Position numbers and translations under genes: made by a program. A stretch of 64,000 nucleotides of DNA, from positions 1 to 64,000 of the forward strand of contig OZ251228.1 of NCBI GenBank assembly GCA_965240325.2. The letters run 5' to 3'. Source of the DNA: Rebecca billardiae RCC1528 (taxonomy: Eukaryota > Protista > Haptophyta). A model generated the notes under the pieces. The model searched no databases. It saw nothing but the letters and a program-made list of their open reading frames with translations, and was not told the DNA's origin. Below are positions 35,175-47,522 of the stretch, piece after piece. How positions within the stretch are numbered: position 1 is the stretch's first letter; each line of letters begins with the position of its first letter.

Positions 35175-38100
35175 TCACTCTGCGGCGAACGGCACCTGCA
35201 GCCGCTCCGCGCTGCGGTCGGCGGCCAGCGCCTCGCTCGCCGCCGCCGCCGCGGCCGCCGCGCCGGCCTCGGCCTCGACCGCCGCCTCGGCCGCCGCGAG
35301 CGCCGCCTCGAGCGCCGCCTCCTCCTGCGCGTGCGCCGCGCCCACGTGGCTCGCGGCCAGCGCCGAGTCGGCGCGCGCCGCCTCGACCGCGGTGCGCGCG
35401 CCCGCGAGCGCCGCCTCGTGCGCCATGGCCGCGATAGCGCACAGCAGCTCGAGCGCGCGCGCGTCCTGCGCAGCGCACGCAGCAGCAGCAGGGCGCGGCG
35501 CGGCAGGGCGGCGCGCACGCGTGAGCCGCGCGAGCCGCGGGGCGGGGGCGCGGTGCCGCGCGCGGCGCGCGGCGCGCGCACCTTTGCGTCGAACGCGCCG
35601 ACGTCCACGCCGCCGCCCGAGCGCGCGCCGCCGCGCTTGTTGACCAGCTGCAGCACCGCGCGCACGGAATGGTCGGCGCCCAGCACGGGCGCGGCGAGCA
35701 GCGAGCGCGGGCGCGCGCCGGAGACGCCGCCCACGCACTGCGCGGCGCCGCCGAGCGCGCCCGCGCCCGCCGCGGCCGCGTGCGCGCGCGCGTCGTACCG
35801 CACGACGGAGGCGGATGCGAGTGCGGACGCCAGCGCCGACTCGGCCGGTAGCTCGTCCGCGGCCGCGCCCGCCTCCGCCGCCTCCCACCGGCCGATCGCG
35901 CGGTCGATGGCGCGGGCGCTGCTGCCGGCCGCGCCGCCGCCGTCGTCGCCGCCGCCGCCGTCGTCGACGGAGCTGCGGCGCTGGTGGATGGCGGGGCGCG
36001 CGGCCGCGGGCGCGCAGAGCAGCAGCCGCGCCGTGTCGCCCCCCAGCGCCACCCCGCCGGGCAGGCTCAGCCCGCCGCGCTCCGCGCCGCCCCGCGCCGC
36101 GCCGCCGAGCGCGTAGAGCTCGCACCGCTCGGCGCCGATGTGGTTGGCGGCGTGCACCAGCGCGTACATGAGCAGCGGCAGCGCGGCCGTGCCCGCGACC
36201 TCGTCATGCGGAGGCGCGTCGTCGTCAGGGGCGTCGTCGGCCTCGTCGGCGTCGTCCGCGCCGCCCTCCGCCTCCGCCTCCGCCTCCGCCACGCCCGCCG
36301 CGCGCGCGCGCGCGCGCGCGAGCCGCGCGCGCCGCGCCGCGCCCGCGATCGCGGCGGAGGCGGCGGAGGCGGCGGCGGCGGTCGCTGCCGCCTGCGCCAC
36401 CTCGAGCGAGTAGTCCTGCAGCGCGGACGCGAGCGCGGCCGCGGCGTCGACGGTGGCGAGCTGCGCCTCGGCCACCGGCAGCGGCTGCAGCGCGCACAGC
36501 CCCGGCCCGAGCAGCAGCGCGGTCACACCCGCCGCGCGCTCGAGCAGCCGCTGCTCGGCGCGGCTGAAGGGCGGCTCGCCCGGCGCGCGGCCGAGCTGCA
36601 CCGCGCCGACCGGTGCGGCGCGCGGCGCGGCGGCGAGCTTGGCGCCGCCGTCGGGGGCCCAGTCGAGAGAGGCGCGGCGCGCGCGCGCGGGCGCGCCCGC
36701 CTCCTCCGCGTCGGGCGCGTCGTCGGCGGCCGCGCTCGGCGGCAGCAGCGGCACGGCGAGCACGCTGCCGCCGCCGTCCGCGCCGAGCACGCCCAGGTCG
36801 AGTGCGGCGTCGTAGTTGCGGTCGCGCGACGCGTCGGGCACGAGCAGCGCGCGGCGCGCGCGCAGCACGAAGCCGAGCGCGCCGCGGTCGGTGGCGACGG
36901 CGCCGGCGCGCGCGCCGCCGCTGAGCGGCGTCGCGCTCGGCCGCACGCCGCCCTCCCCGCCCACGCCGCTGAGCGGCGGCGCCGCGACCGCGTACCGGTG
37001 CACGCGCGCCTCCGCGCCCGCCTCGGCCGCGCCGCCCTGCGCGCTCAGGAAGAGGCAGTGCCCGCCGGAGCGGCCCAGCAGCCGCTGCAGCTCGTCGAGC
37101 AGGTCGGCGGGGGCGTCGGGGGCGGAGGCGGGGCGCGGGAGGGTCGAGGGGCCCTCGGCGCCCGCCTCCTCGTCGGCTGCGGGGAGGGGCGCGCGAGCGG
37201 CGGCGGCGCGGGGCGCGTGCGTGAGCGCGGCGTGCGTGTGTGTGCACGTGTGTGTGTGTGTGCGTGTGCGTGCGTGTGCGTGCGTGTGCGTGTGTGCACG
37301 CTCAGTGCGTGTGCGCGTGTGCGTGCGCGCACACGCACCGTCTGCGCTCACAAACGCACCCTGCGCGGGCAGCGCCACGTGCACCGGCGGCTCCTTGACG
37401 ACGACAAAGTCGGTCTGCGCGCTCGCCTCGCGGTACGAGGGCAGCGCCGCGAGCACCGAGGGCGCCGCCAGCCGCCGCCACGCCGCGCCGCCGTCGGGCG
37501 AGCGCGCGCGCGGCCGGCGGCGCGCGGCCGCGGGCGCCGTCGCGACGAGCCGCGCGCGCAGCGCGGCCGCGGCGCTCGCCTCGGCGTGCGCGGTGGCGGC
37601 GGCGGCCTGCGCGCGCGCGAGCAGCTCCGCGCCCGCGGCCTTCTCCTCGCGCACGCGCTGCGCCCGCGCCCCGCGCGCCCCCGACAGCGCCCGCTGCAGC
37701 GCCACCCCCGCCATCGCCACCGCCTCCGCCACCTCGCGCGCGTACCCCACGTGTGCGGCGCCGCCCGGCGTCTCAAAGGGCGGCGCTGCGACGAGGAGGG
37801 CGGCGAACTCGGTGGGCGGGAGGGTGCCCTCGAGCACGCCCGCGACGAGGCGCGCGGCGGAGGGCACGCCGTGGTGCGTCCGGCTGCCGCCGCCGCCGCC
37901 GCCGCCCGCCCGCCACCCGCCGCCGCCGCCGCTGCCCTCAGAGCGCTGGCTGGCCGATAGCCAGCTGCCACCGCCGCCCAGCCCGGCAGAGGAGGAGGCG
38001 GCGCGGCCCGCCGAGGCGCGCGAGGCGCGCGAGACGCCGGAGAGCTGCGAGGACGACGCGAGCTGCCGCTCGCACGCGCCGTGCGCCGACGCCGCGCGCG

Positions 38101-38725
38101 CGCCCGCCGCCCCCGCGCCCGCCGAGGGCGGCGCGCCGCCCAGCCGCACCGCTGGGCCGAGCGGCGGCGGCGGCGGCGCGAGCGGCGCGTCGCGCGAGGA
38201 GCGCGAGGAGGCGTGGAGCTCGGCGCGGCTGACGGGGCGCGCGGCGGGGTGCAGCGCGGGCAGCCCCATGCCGCCCTCCTCGCCCCATCCCCCCGCCGCC
38301 GCCTCCTCCTCCTCGTCCCCCGACCACGCGCCGCCGCCGCCGCCGCCGGCCGCGCCGCCGAGCGCGTCCGCGTCCAGCTCGCTCGGCAGCGGCCGGAGCA
38401 GCGGCGAGCGGAGCGCGGGCTGCGCGGTCTGCGCGCGCGCGAGGTGGGCGTACGGGTCGAGCAGCTCGCCCAGCGTCGGCGAGCGCGGGTACGCCGCGCC
38501 GCCGCCCGGCGCCGACGCCGCGGAGGGTGCGGACGAGAGCACGGACAGGGCCGACGGCTCCGCCGAGACGCGCGCGCCGAGCGCGGCGAGGAGCTCGGCG
38601 CGCGAGGTCTCGCGCGCGGGGTCGATGCGTCGCTGCAGTGAGCGCATGCGCCCCGACTGCCCCGCACGCCCGCGCCACGACGCGTCGCGCGCCTGCACGG
38701 GCGGCCCGAGCGCGCTGCGCTCCAT
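35175..38725 (-). CDS. Tandem-GAF-domain protein with long low-complexity N-terminus and coiled-coil C-terminus; introns ~37177-37338 and 35466-35581
   Basis: GAF motifs GALGFV..LLVPDASRDRNYD..SVLAVPL..VGAVQL..FSRAEQRLL and RSLLAAPV..VRAVLQLVNK..FDAK|DARALELL. Confidence 0.75.
37222..37338. repeat. Intronic (TG/CG)n microsatellite
   Basis: Alternating GTGC/GTGT run inside a predicted intron. Confidence 0.85.
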
Positions 38726-38939
38726 CGTGAGGCGCTGCTGCACTGCGCCACCGCGCTGCTCAGGCTGGGGGCCGTTTCTCTCGACGCCGCGCGTGGAAGA
38801 AACGGCGGACGACGAAGCAGCACGTAACGACATCCGTAGCTAGTCGTCAGTCGACTGTCAATCTAATCGGTCTGTCTGACTGTCTCAGCCCCACCCCGGC
38901 CGGGGGAAGCCGGGCGCGAGCAGGGAGCCGCCAGCCGTG

Positions 38940-40274
38940 TCATGCCGGCGGCTCGGCCCCCTCGCCCGCCGCGCACGCGCGCTCCGGCCGCGCCACGCCG
39001 CCGCCCTCGCCCTCGCCCTCCGCGCGTGCGGCGCGCAGCAGCAGCGGCCGCAGCGCCGCCGGGTGCGTGGCCAGCTGCACCTCGCGCATCGCGGCGTGCG
39101 CGGCGCGCGCGTCGTCCGCGACGGCGCGCGCGTCGACGGGCTCGGCGCGCGGCACGCCCCCGTCCCGCCTGAGCGCGCGCACCTCCGCGCCCTCCATCGC
39201 GCCGAGCAGCGCCGCCTCCGTGCGGCGCGCGCCCGCCGCCACGTCCGCGGCCGCCGCGCGCACGAGCGCCGCGGGCAGCGCAAACGCCACCGGCGCGTCC
39301 GACGCGAAGAAGACGAGGTTGCCCGCGGTGGGCGGCGCGCCGCGGCCGCCCTCGCGCGCCGCCCCCTCCCCGTCGCCCCCGTCCGCGAAGAACGCGCGCA
39401 CGTGCGCGAACGCCCCGCCGAGCGCGTCCGCGGCCGCGCGCGCGCCCGCCCCCTCCTTCGCGCCCACCACTGCGTTCAGCACCAGAGCGCCTGTGCGGGG
39501 CACCAGCCAGGCGGCGCGGAGGGCGCGCAGGAGCTCGGGGGCGAGGAGGCCGGAGGTGCCCGCCTCGCCGCCCGCGCCGCCGTCGAACAGGTCGGCGAGC
39601 ACCACGTCGTACGGCCCGCCGCCCGCCGCGCCGCCGCCGCCGCCGCCGCCGCCCGCGGCCGCGGCCGCGGCCGCGGCCGCTCCGCGCGCGCCGAGCAGCG
39701 CGCGCGCCGCGCCGCGCGCGTCGGCGCGCAGCACGGCGAGCGCGTCGGCGAGGACGGTGCGCCCGGCGTCGGGCGTGATCGCGTAGCCAAAGTGCGCGGC
39801 CGCCATCGCGAGCACGCCGCCCGACGCCTCCACCACGTCGACGCTCGCGCCGTGCCGCTCGCGCAGCGCGCTCGGCACAGCGCCCGCGCCCAGCCCGAGG
39901 CAGAGCACGCGCCGCGCGCCCAGCGGGGGCGCGAGGAAGGCGAGCGCGTACTGGAAGATCATCCCCGCGTACACCAGCTGGCCGCGCGCGTGCGCGGGCT
40001 CGACGAACGCCGCGCCCACCGCCGTCGCGCCGCAGAGCAGGAAGCGCATCCGCAGCGCGCCCTCGCCGCCCCGCTCCGAGTGCTCGGCCACGGTGACGGC
40101 GCCGCCGCACGCGCTGTCGTGCGCGAGCTCGTCGAGGACGCGCAGCTCGGAGGGGGGCGGCGGGGCGTCGCTCGCCGCGCCGCCGCGCGGCGGCGGCAGC
40201 AGCAGCAGCAGCAGCAGCAGCGGCCCCAGCGCCAGCAAAGCGCCGCCGGCCGGCGCGGTGCCGCACGCCGGCAT
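38940..40274 (-). CDS. Class I SAM-dependent methyltransferase (spermidine synthase-like / METTL13 C-domain-like) with N-terminal signal or anchor
   Basis: RVLCLGLGAGA motif I, VDVVE motif II, ADA, YDVVLADLFDG, GALVLN, GNLVFFASD; poly-Leu N-terminus. Confidence 0.82.
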   Translation of the reverse strand: MPACGTAPAGGALLALGPLLLLLLLLPPPRGGAASDAPPPPSELRVLDELAHDSACGGAVTVAEHSERGGEGALRMRFLLCGATAVGAAFVEPAHARGQLVYAGMIFQYALAFLAPPLGARRVLCLGLGAGAVPSALRERHGASVDVVEASGGVLAMAAAHFGYAITPDAGRTVLADALAVLRADARGAARALLGARGAAAAAAAAAGGGGGGGGAAGGGPYDVVLADLFDGGAGGEAGTSGLLAPELLRALRAAWLVPRTGALVLNAVVGAKEGAGARAAADALGGAFAHVRAFFADGGDGEGAAREGGRGAPPTAGNLVFFASDAPVAFALPAALVRAAAADVAAGARRTEAALLGAMEGAEVRALRRDGGVPRAEPVDARAVADDARAAHAAMREVQLATHPAALRPLLLRAARAEGEGEGGGVARPERACAAGEGAEPPA

Positions 40275-40469
40275 CGCGGCCGGGCGTGAGGTTTCGTCCG
40301 GCCGGCGGGCGGGGAGGACGGTCGACACTCCGGTTGATGACGACGATCGAGATTATTAGTTCTGCTTTTTCGCGATCGATCAGCATCATCATCATTCATC
40401 GTCGTCAATAACTACTCGTCAGCGGCGCCGGCCCGCGGCTCGGGCGCGGCGGCGCTCCCCGCGGCGCGC

Positions 40470-41712
40470 TCAGGGCGAGAGCATGCGCATCGCGCTCCCC
40501 GCGCAGCGCTTGAGGCACGCGCGGCCGTACGGGATGTAGGAGAAGACGTACCACAGCAGCGCGCAGCTCTGCACGCCCACGCACAGCAGCGCCAGGAGGC
40601 CGGAGCGCAGCACCGCCGTCGCCACAAACGTGCCCGCCATCGAGCCGATGTACGCGATCGAGGCGTAGCGCCGGTCCGGGTGGAACATGTTGGCGCACTG
40701 CGTCGTCGGGCCCATCAGGAACCTGCGCCCGCGCGCGCGCGCGGAGGGAGGGAGGGGGGGAGGGGCGCACGCTCAGCCCACCGGCCGCGCGGCCGCGCGC
40801 TGCCGCCCAGGCCGCGCGCTGCCGCCCAGGCCGTGTGCGCGCGTGCGCGGTGTGTGTGCGCGGTGTGTGCGCGGTGGTGCGCGTGCGGTGGTGTGCGCGC
40901 GCGGCGCGCGAGAAGCCCCTCCCTCGCGGCACACACAGCGTGCGCGCACATGGAGCTGCACACGCTGATGATGTTGCCCAGCGTGTACTTGGTCGCAAAG
41001 GGGCGCGGGTTGCCAAGCAGCAGCTGCGCCACGCTCGTCAGCGAGGCGAGGGAGAGGACGAAGCCGAGGAGGAAGCACACGCCGAAGCCCATCAGCCGCG
41101 TCTGGTAGCTCAGCGCGGGGCAGCCGCAGCCGAGCGCGCCCAGGCAGCGCGCGCACGCGGCGAAGAGCGGGTCGGCGGGGGCGGCGGCCTCGCGATCGGC
41201 CGCGGCGGTGAGCGAGGCGGGAAGAGGCACGCCCGCGATGGCGAGCGCGCTCCCGCCCTCGCGCGCCTTCGACGCCGCCGAGCTCGCCAGCGCCGCCCCC
41301 GAGTCCCGCGCGCGCGACACCGCGCCCGCGGCCGCGCTCGACGCGCCGCTCAGCGTGCCGCTCAGGCTGCCGCCCATGCCGCCTAGGCTGCCGCCCACGT
41401 TGGCGCGCAGAGACTGCAGCAGCTCGGAGGAGGAGACGGAGGACACGGACTTGGCGAGGCCGTCGCCCGCGCACGTGGGGAACGCGAGCGACTTGCCCCC
41501 GCCGCCCACGCCCTCCGGCGCCGTCGCGGCGGCCGCCACGCCGCCGCCGCCGCCGGCGCGGCGCGTGGGCGCGGGCGCGCCGCGCGCGCTGTCGTCGTCG
41601 TCGTCGCCCGCGCGCGAGACGAGCGGCTGGCGGTCCTCCGCGTCGCGCGCGCCGCCGCCGCCCAGCCAGCTGCTCGGACCGAGCCAGCGCGCGCTGCCGC
41701 CGCCGCTCGACA

Positions 41713-41757
<45 letters not shown>

Positions 41758-41950
41758 TGTGGCCGCCCGGCGTCCCCGCCGCGCGCTCGTCGGCGTCCGC
41801 GCCCTCCTCGAGGTCGAAGCTCTCGGCGCGGCCGGCGCGCGCGCCGGAGGGGGGCGAGGCCCACTTGTTCACCACGCCGGAGAGCGCGTTGATCGACGTC
41901 TCGCCGATCGTGTCCGAGATCGAGCCCACCTTGTTGAGCAGCGAATCCAT
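40470..41950 (-). CDS. SFT2: Got1/Sft2-family vesicle transport protein (SFT2D-like); intron 40723-40949
   Basis: LSYQTRLMGFGVCF..FATKYTLGNIISVCSSM|FLMGPTTQCANMF..Q..ALLWYVFSYIPYGR. Confidence 0.92.
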
Positions 41951-42435
41951 CGCCAGCCGGCGCCGGCCGCGCGCGGGCGGCGCGGCGGCGTGCGGCTCGT
42001 CGGCCGGCGGGGGTGGGTGGGGGGGTGGCGGGGCGGGGTGCTCCGCGTCGGCGTCGGCGGTGGCCGGCGCCTCGTCGACCGCCCAGTCGCGCGACGTCGT
42101 GCCTCGCGTCGCCCCACGCGCACGGGCGGGGCTGGCGGGGCCGCCACCGTGGTTTGCGCCTGCGAGCAACGACACGCGCAGTCGCGCACGCACGGTGTCG
42201 CACACGTACGCCACCTGCCGGTGCCGGGAGCCGCGTCCAGATGCAGACGGGATGTGAGCGAAAAGCGGGCCACTTCTTTTCTTTTCCGCCGTCGCGCGGC
42301 TCGCGCGCCTTGCTTTTCGTCGTGTAGCGGCAGCAGCTCGCGTCCGGTGACCGGTAGGTACAAAGTCCAGCAGCAGCGGAGCGCACGATGGCGGCCGCGC
42401 GTCCGTTAGAGGCTTGAACAAGGCCCGGCCCAACC

Positions 42436-44916
42436 ATGGCGCAACCGGCGGGGCCCGGCGCGGGCGCCGCCGAGCTGCCGCCGCCGCTCGAGCTGGAGCA
42501 CGTCATCGGCTACGCAGGTGCGCCCGCCGCGCCTGCTGCGCCGCCCGCCGCCGCCGCTCGCGCGCCACCCACGCGCGCCGCGCCGCGCCGCCGCGCGCAG
42601 CCGACGCCGCGTCTCTCGCTCGCGCCGCGCGCCGCGCGCGCGCGCCGCGCGCCGGCGCGCAGGCGCGACGTCGCAGTCGGCGCAGGCGCACCCGACGGAG
42701 GAGGACGCGATGGTGTACCACGTCTCCTCCCTCGTCGTGCTCGCCTCCAAGTCGGACCCGCACGCGCAGCGGCTGCTGCGCGGGCACACCAACGACGTGA
42801 GCTGCCTCGCGCTGAGCGCGGACGGCGAGTACGTGGCGTCGGGGCAGCAGTGCGCGCGCGGCGAGCGCTCGGGCGAGGCGCACGTCTTCGTCTGGTCCCA
42901 CGCCGAGGCCAAGCCCATCTACCGCCTCGTCGGCCTCCGCTCGCGCGCGCTCGCCGTCTCGTTCTCGCGAGACAACCGCTTCCTGTGCGGCTCGGACGAC
43001 GAGCGCCGGCTGTGTGTGTGGGACCTGCAGAACGGGCAGCTGGTGAACGCGTCGCGGCAGGAGGCGGCGGTGGGCTTCGTCGCGTGGGGGCCGATCCTCG
43101 CGCACGAGAACGCGCGCGGCGCCGCGCGCCCCGCCTCGTACACGCTGTGCGTGGGCGCGGGGCCGCGCGTGCTCGAGCTCGACCTGCGCTTCAACGTGCG
43201 CTCCATGCAGTTTGAGATCGAGACGTCGGCGATGGCGATGCCGAGCAACGGGCTGAAGCGCGAGTACAACGTGGGCGTGTACGCCGACGGCGACGCCCAG
43301 CTCCTCGCCGGCACGCGCGCCGGCGAGCTCTGCGTGTACGGCACCGCGCGCGCGACCGCCGCCGCCAAGGACGGCGGCGGCGTGTTCCGCGCGTGCGTGC
43401 CCGTCTCCGCCGCGGGCGCGGGCGGCGTGATGGCGCTCGCGGTGGACGGGCAGCACGTGTGGGCGGGGTGCGGCGACGGGAAGGTGAAGCTGCTGCGCGG
43501 CGCCGACCAGGCGTGGGAGATGCTCGCCGAGGCCGAGCTCGGCGCGGGCGTGGTCGCGCTCTCGCTGGGCGCAGGCCGCACCGCGCTGCTCGCCGGCACG
43601 GCCGACGGGTGCGTGCACGAGCTGCGCGCGGCCACGCTGCAGAAAGGGGGCGGCGCGCTGTACAGCGCGCACACCGCGGCGGTGGTGGACTGCGCGTTCG
43701 GCAGCTCCTCCTCCGAGTCCGTCGCCACCGCCTCGGACGACGGCTCCGTCCGGCTGTGGGACCTCTCGACGTACGCGCCCGCCTTCAGCGCGCACCGCGC
43801 CGGCCGCGCGCCCACGTGCGTGCACGTGGGCGCGGACGACGCGCCCGCCGGGCTGGCGGGGCTGCTGCTCTCGGGCTGGGCGGACGGCGCGATCTACTGC
43901 CACGACCCGGCGGCGCGCGCGCTCCTCTGGGCCATCGAGCCCGCGCACGCCGGCCCCGTCACCGCCGTCTGCCTCTCCGACGTGGCGATCCTCTCGGCGG
44001 GCGAGGACGCGCGGCTGCGCGCGTGGTCGCTCGGCGGCCGGCGGTGCGAGCAAGAGTACTCGGAGCACACCAAGGGGATCACCGCGCTCGTCGTCGACGT
44101 GCACGACGCGAGCGTCGCGCACACGGCGGGGCGCGACCAGCTCGTCGTCTCGCTCAACCTCGCCAAGAAGAAGCGCATCGCGTGCGTGCGCGTGCGCACG
44201 CCGCGCCGGAGCGCGCGCCGCGCGCCGCGCGCCGACCTGCGCGCCGCGCCGCGCGCCGCCGCCGCCTCTCCGCCCGCCGCCCGCTCCCGCGCGCGCGCGC
44301 AGGTACCACTCGATCCGCGAGGGCCAGCTCTCCGCGCTGTGCCAGCGCGCGCACGGCGAGGCGGAGCTGCTCTCCGGCACGCACGAGGGCTCCATCCACG
44401 TGTGGGACGTGGACGAGCTCGGGCCGGTGGGGCTGCTCAAGGAGCCGGCGGCGCAGCGGCTCAACTGCCTCGCGCTCTCGCCCTCGGGTGCGCGCGCGCG
44501 GGCGGCGAGGGCGCGGAGCGGACGGCGCGCCACGCACGCCGCTCCCCGCCGCTCACCCTGCCGCCCCCGCCCCTCCTCCACGCGCAGGCCGCTACCTGGC
44601 GGTGTGCACGGAGCAGCTCGCCATGCTGCAGGTGTGGGACATTGGCAGCGCAGACCCGGCCGCCAGCGCGCGGCCCATCGCCATCGGGGAGGCGCACTCG
44701 GAGGCGCTCACCGCGGTGCGCGCGCGCGGGCGGCACGCGCGCGCGGCCGCGCCGCCGCCCGACGGCGCCCGCTGACTCGGCCGCGCGCGCGCTGGGCACC
44801 CGCCCTTCCCTGCAACGCGCCGCCGCCGCCAGGCGCGCTGGTCGCCCGACGAGAAGCAAATCGTCTCCACGGGCAAGGACGGCATCGTGGCCGTGTGGAA
44901 CTGGTTCGGCCAGTGA
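42436..44916 (+). CDS. Ciliary WD40-repeat protein, CFAP52/WDR16-like; about 4 introns (first 42518-42662)
   Basis: LELEHVIGY N-terminus, QRLLRGHTNDVSCLALSADGEYVASGQ, ATASDDGSVRLWD, WSPDEKQIVSTGKDGIVAVWN. Confidence 0.82.
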
Positions 44917-44939
44917 GGGGCTGAGGGCGCGCGCGGGGA

Positions 44940-45470
44940 AGGCGCATCGAGGCGCTCGCGGGCGTGCGCGCCGTGCACGTGAGCGCGGGCATGAGGCACG
45001 GCCTGGTGCTGGACCGCGAGGGGGCGGTGCACTCGCTCGGGGATGGATGACGAGCGTGGCGAGCTCGGCCACGCAGAAGGCTTCCAGCAGCTCACGCCGA
45101 GGCAGATTGACGCCCTCGCGGGCGGGCGCATCGTGCGCGCGTGTGCGCGCACACACAGCAGCGCCGTGCTGGGCGCGGACGGCAGCGTGCACACGTTTGG
45201 GGACGACCGCTTCGGCGCGCTGGGTCTCGGCATCGGCGCGGCTGGCCTGCTCGGCCCGCAACGCGTGCGCGCTCTTGCACACGCCCGCGTCGTGCGCTGT
45301 GCCATGGGTGAATGCGCAGCGCTCTTCGTGGCGTCGGACGGCAGCGTGTGGCGTGTGCGGCCAGCACACGGCAGCGCTCGGTCTCGCGCTGAGCCTGAGT
45401 GCTGCAGGCACCGTCCTGCCGAGGGGCCCGGGGGGTCGGTGCGCACGCCCACGCGCATCGAGCACGGCCG
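44940..45470 (+). pseudogene. RCC1-repeat gene fragment, frameshifted, no start codon
   Basis: RIEALAGVRAVHVSAGMRHGLVLDREGAVHSLG, then a frameshift, then DDERGELGH..TPRQIDALAG.RIV..HSSAVLGADGSVHTFGDDRFGALG. Confidence 0.8.
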
Positions 45471-46077
45471 TGCCGCGCGTGCACCTGGAGGCCGGCTCTG
45501 CGTGAGCGCGGCGCGCTGGCTGCTGCGTTGCGTTGCAGGGTGCGCTGGTCGCCGGTCGGCTCGAGCCTCGAGCCTAGAGTTCGAGTCTTACCTGGTAGCA
45601 CTAGCAAGTAGCATAGACTAGCAGCCGCCATGAAGCGATACGCGGTACCGCTAGCTACAGTTTATTTGCTGTTTTAACGTGCGTAAGGCTCACCAGCACG
45701 GTGGCAGGTATGTTGCGCGCCATCCTTCATCGCACGCTCTCCGTATGACTGAGTAACGGCAAACGGGCAAGCCTCCCTTCAGGGTTCGTCAACCGCCGAT
45801 AGCAGTCATAAAGAGGGCTCGCGGTGGTTTTCACCGGCCCCGCCCGCCCTCTCTCTGTGAACATCAACAGATCAGTGGCGGCTGCACGGGCTGCCGCACA
45901 TGGCCGCCCCGCGCGCGGCCTGCTGAGCGTTGGCGCCGCGGGCGGCGAGCGCCGGCGTCACGCCGGGCGCGCGCCCCGCGCGCGAGCTCGAGGACCGCGC
46001 CAGCCGCGCGCGAGCCGCCTCCGGCCCGCCGCGCCGCGCGAGCGAGCCGCGCGCGCGCTCGGCGCCGGCGCCGCGCG

Positions 46078-47491
46078 ATGGCGCTGATCGCGCGCTCGCA
46101 GCTGCTCGGCGTGCTCGAGGCGGAGTTCGGCGGCGCGCTCGGCGCGCCCGAGCTGGACGCGCTCGCCGGCCGCCTCGTCCGCCACGCCGTCGAGGCCAAG
46201 TACGAGCCGGGCGGCACGATCCTGCGCGCGGGCGAGGAGGTGGGCGCGCTGCTGCTGCTGAGCGCAGGCACGGCGGACGTGCTGCGCGAGGCGAAGCTGA
46301 AGCACGCGCTCGTCGGGCCGTGCCTCGTGGGCGACGCCGCGCTGCACGGCGCGCTCGACGGCGCGCTCGTGCGCCGCCGCGCCGCCGCCGCCGCGCCGGA
46401 CGCGGGCGGCGCGGCGGACGCGCCGCGCCGCACCGCGGCGGACGCGGCGGCGGACGCGGCCGAGGCGGACGCGGCGGCGGCGGAGGTGGTGCTCCGGCTC
46501 TCCGCCGCGCGCACGCGCTCCGCCGCGCTCGTGCGCGCGCGCACGCCGTGCCGCGCGCACGCCGTGCCGCTGCGCGCGCTCGCGCGCGCGCTGTGCGCCG
46601 ACGCGCGCGCGCTGCGCGCGTGGCGGCAGCGCGCGCACAAGGCGGCGATCACCGCGCACCTGCGCGCGCGCTGCGGGCTGGACGACGGCGCGTTCGAGCG
46701 GCCGGGGCAGCCCGACGTCGCCGACGCGCTGTGGGCCCGCCTCGAGCACCGCCAGCTCGCGCCCGGCGCGCCGCTCGACGGCGGCGCGCCGTCGCCGATG
46801 CGGACGCCGCCGGCCGACGCCGACGCCGACGCCGACGCCGCGCCCGAGGAGGGAGGCGGCGGCGGCTGGGCGCTGCACTGCGTGGGCGCGGGCGAGGTGG
46901 AGCTGCCGCCGGCGCGCGACGCGGCGGGCGCCGAGTGGCCCGCCCTCCGCGCCCCGCGGCTGCTCGACGGGCAGCAGGGCGGGTGGCGCGCGCGCTCCTC
47001 GTGTGACGTGTACAGTCTGGGCGGCGCCGCGCTGGGCGCGCTGTGCGCCGACGCGCCGCCCGGGCTGGCGGGCCGGCTGCGCCGCGCGGCGCGGCTCGAG
47101 GCGGGCGGCGCGGCGGGCGAGGCGGGCGGCGCGCTCGGCGAGGAGGCGGGCGAGGAGGCCGAGCGCGCGCGCGCCGCCCTCCGCCTCGCCCGCTTCTGCC
47201 CCGCGGCCGTGCTGCGCCGGCTGTGCGCGCACCCGCCGCTCCGCGCGCACGAGCAGCGCTCCTTCGAGGCGGCGGTGTGCTTCGTCGACATCTCGGGGTT
47301 CACCAAGCTCTCCGCCGCGCTGTGCGAGGCGCACGGCGAGCGCTCCGGCGCGGAGCTCCTCAACTCCGTCGTGTCCGGCTACATGGCCGCGCTGCTCTCC
47401 GCCATCGAGGCGGCGGGCGGCGACACGATCAAGTTTGCGGGCGACGCGATGCTCGTGCTCTGGGGCGCGCCCGGCGCGGGGCACGCGCGGC

Positions 47492-47522
<31 letters not shown>

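Noticed and set aside
44914-44945. Stop-codon readthrough fusing the WD40 protein to RCC1
   Set aside because: The RCC1 frame is out of phase with the WD40 stop and is itself frameshifted.
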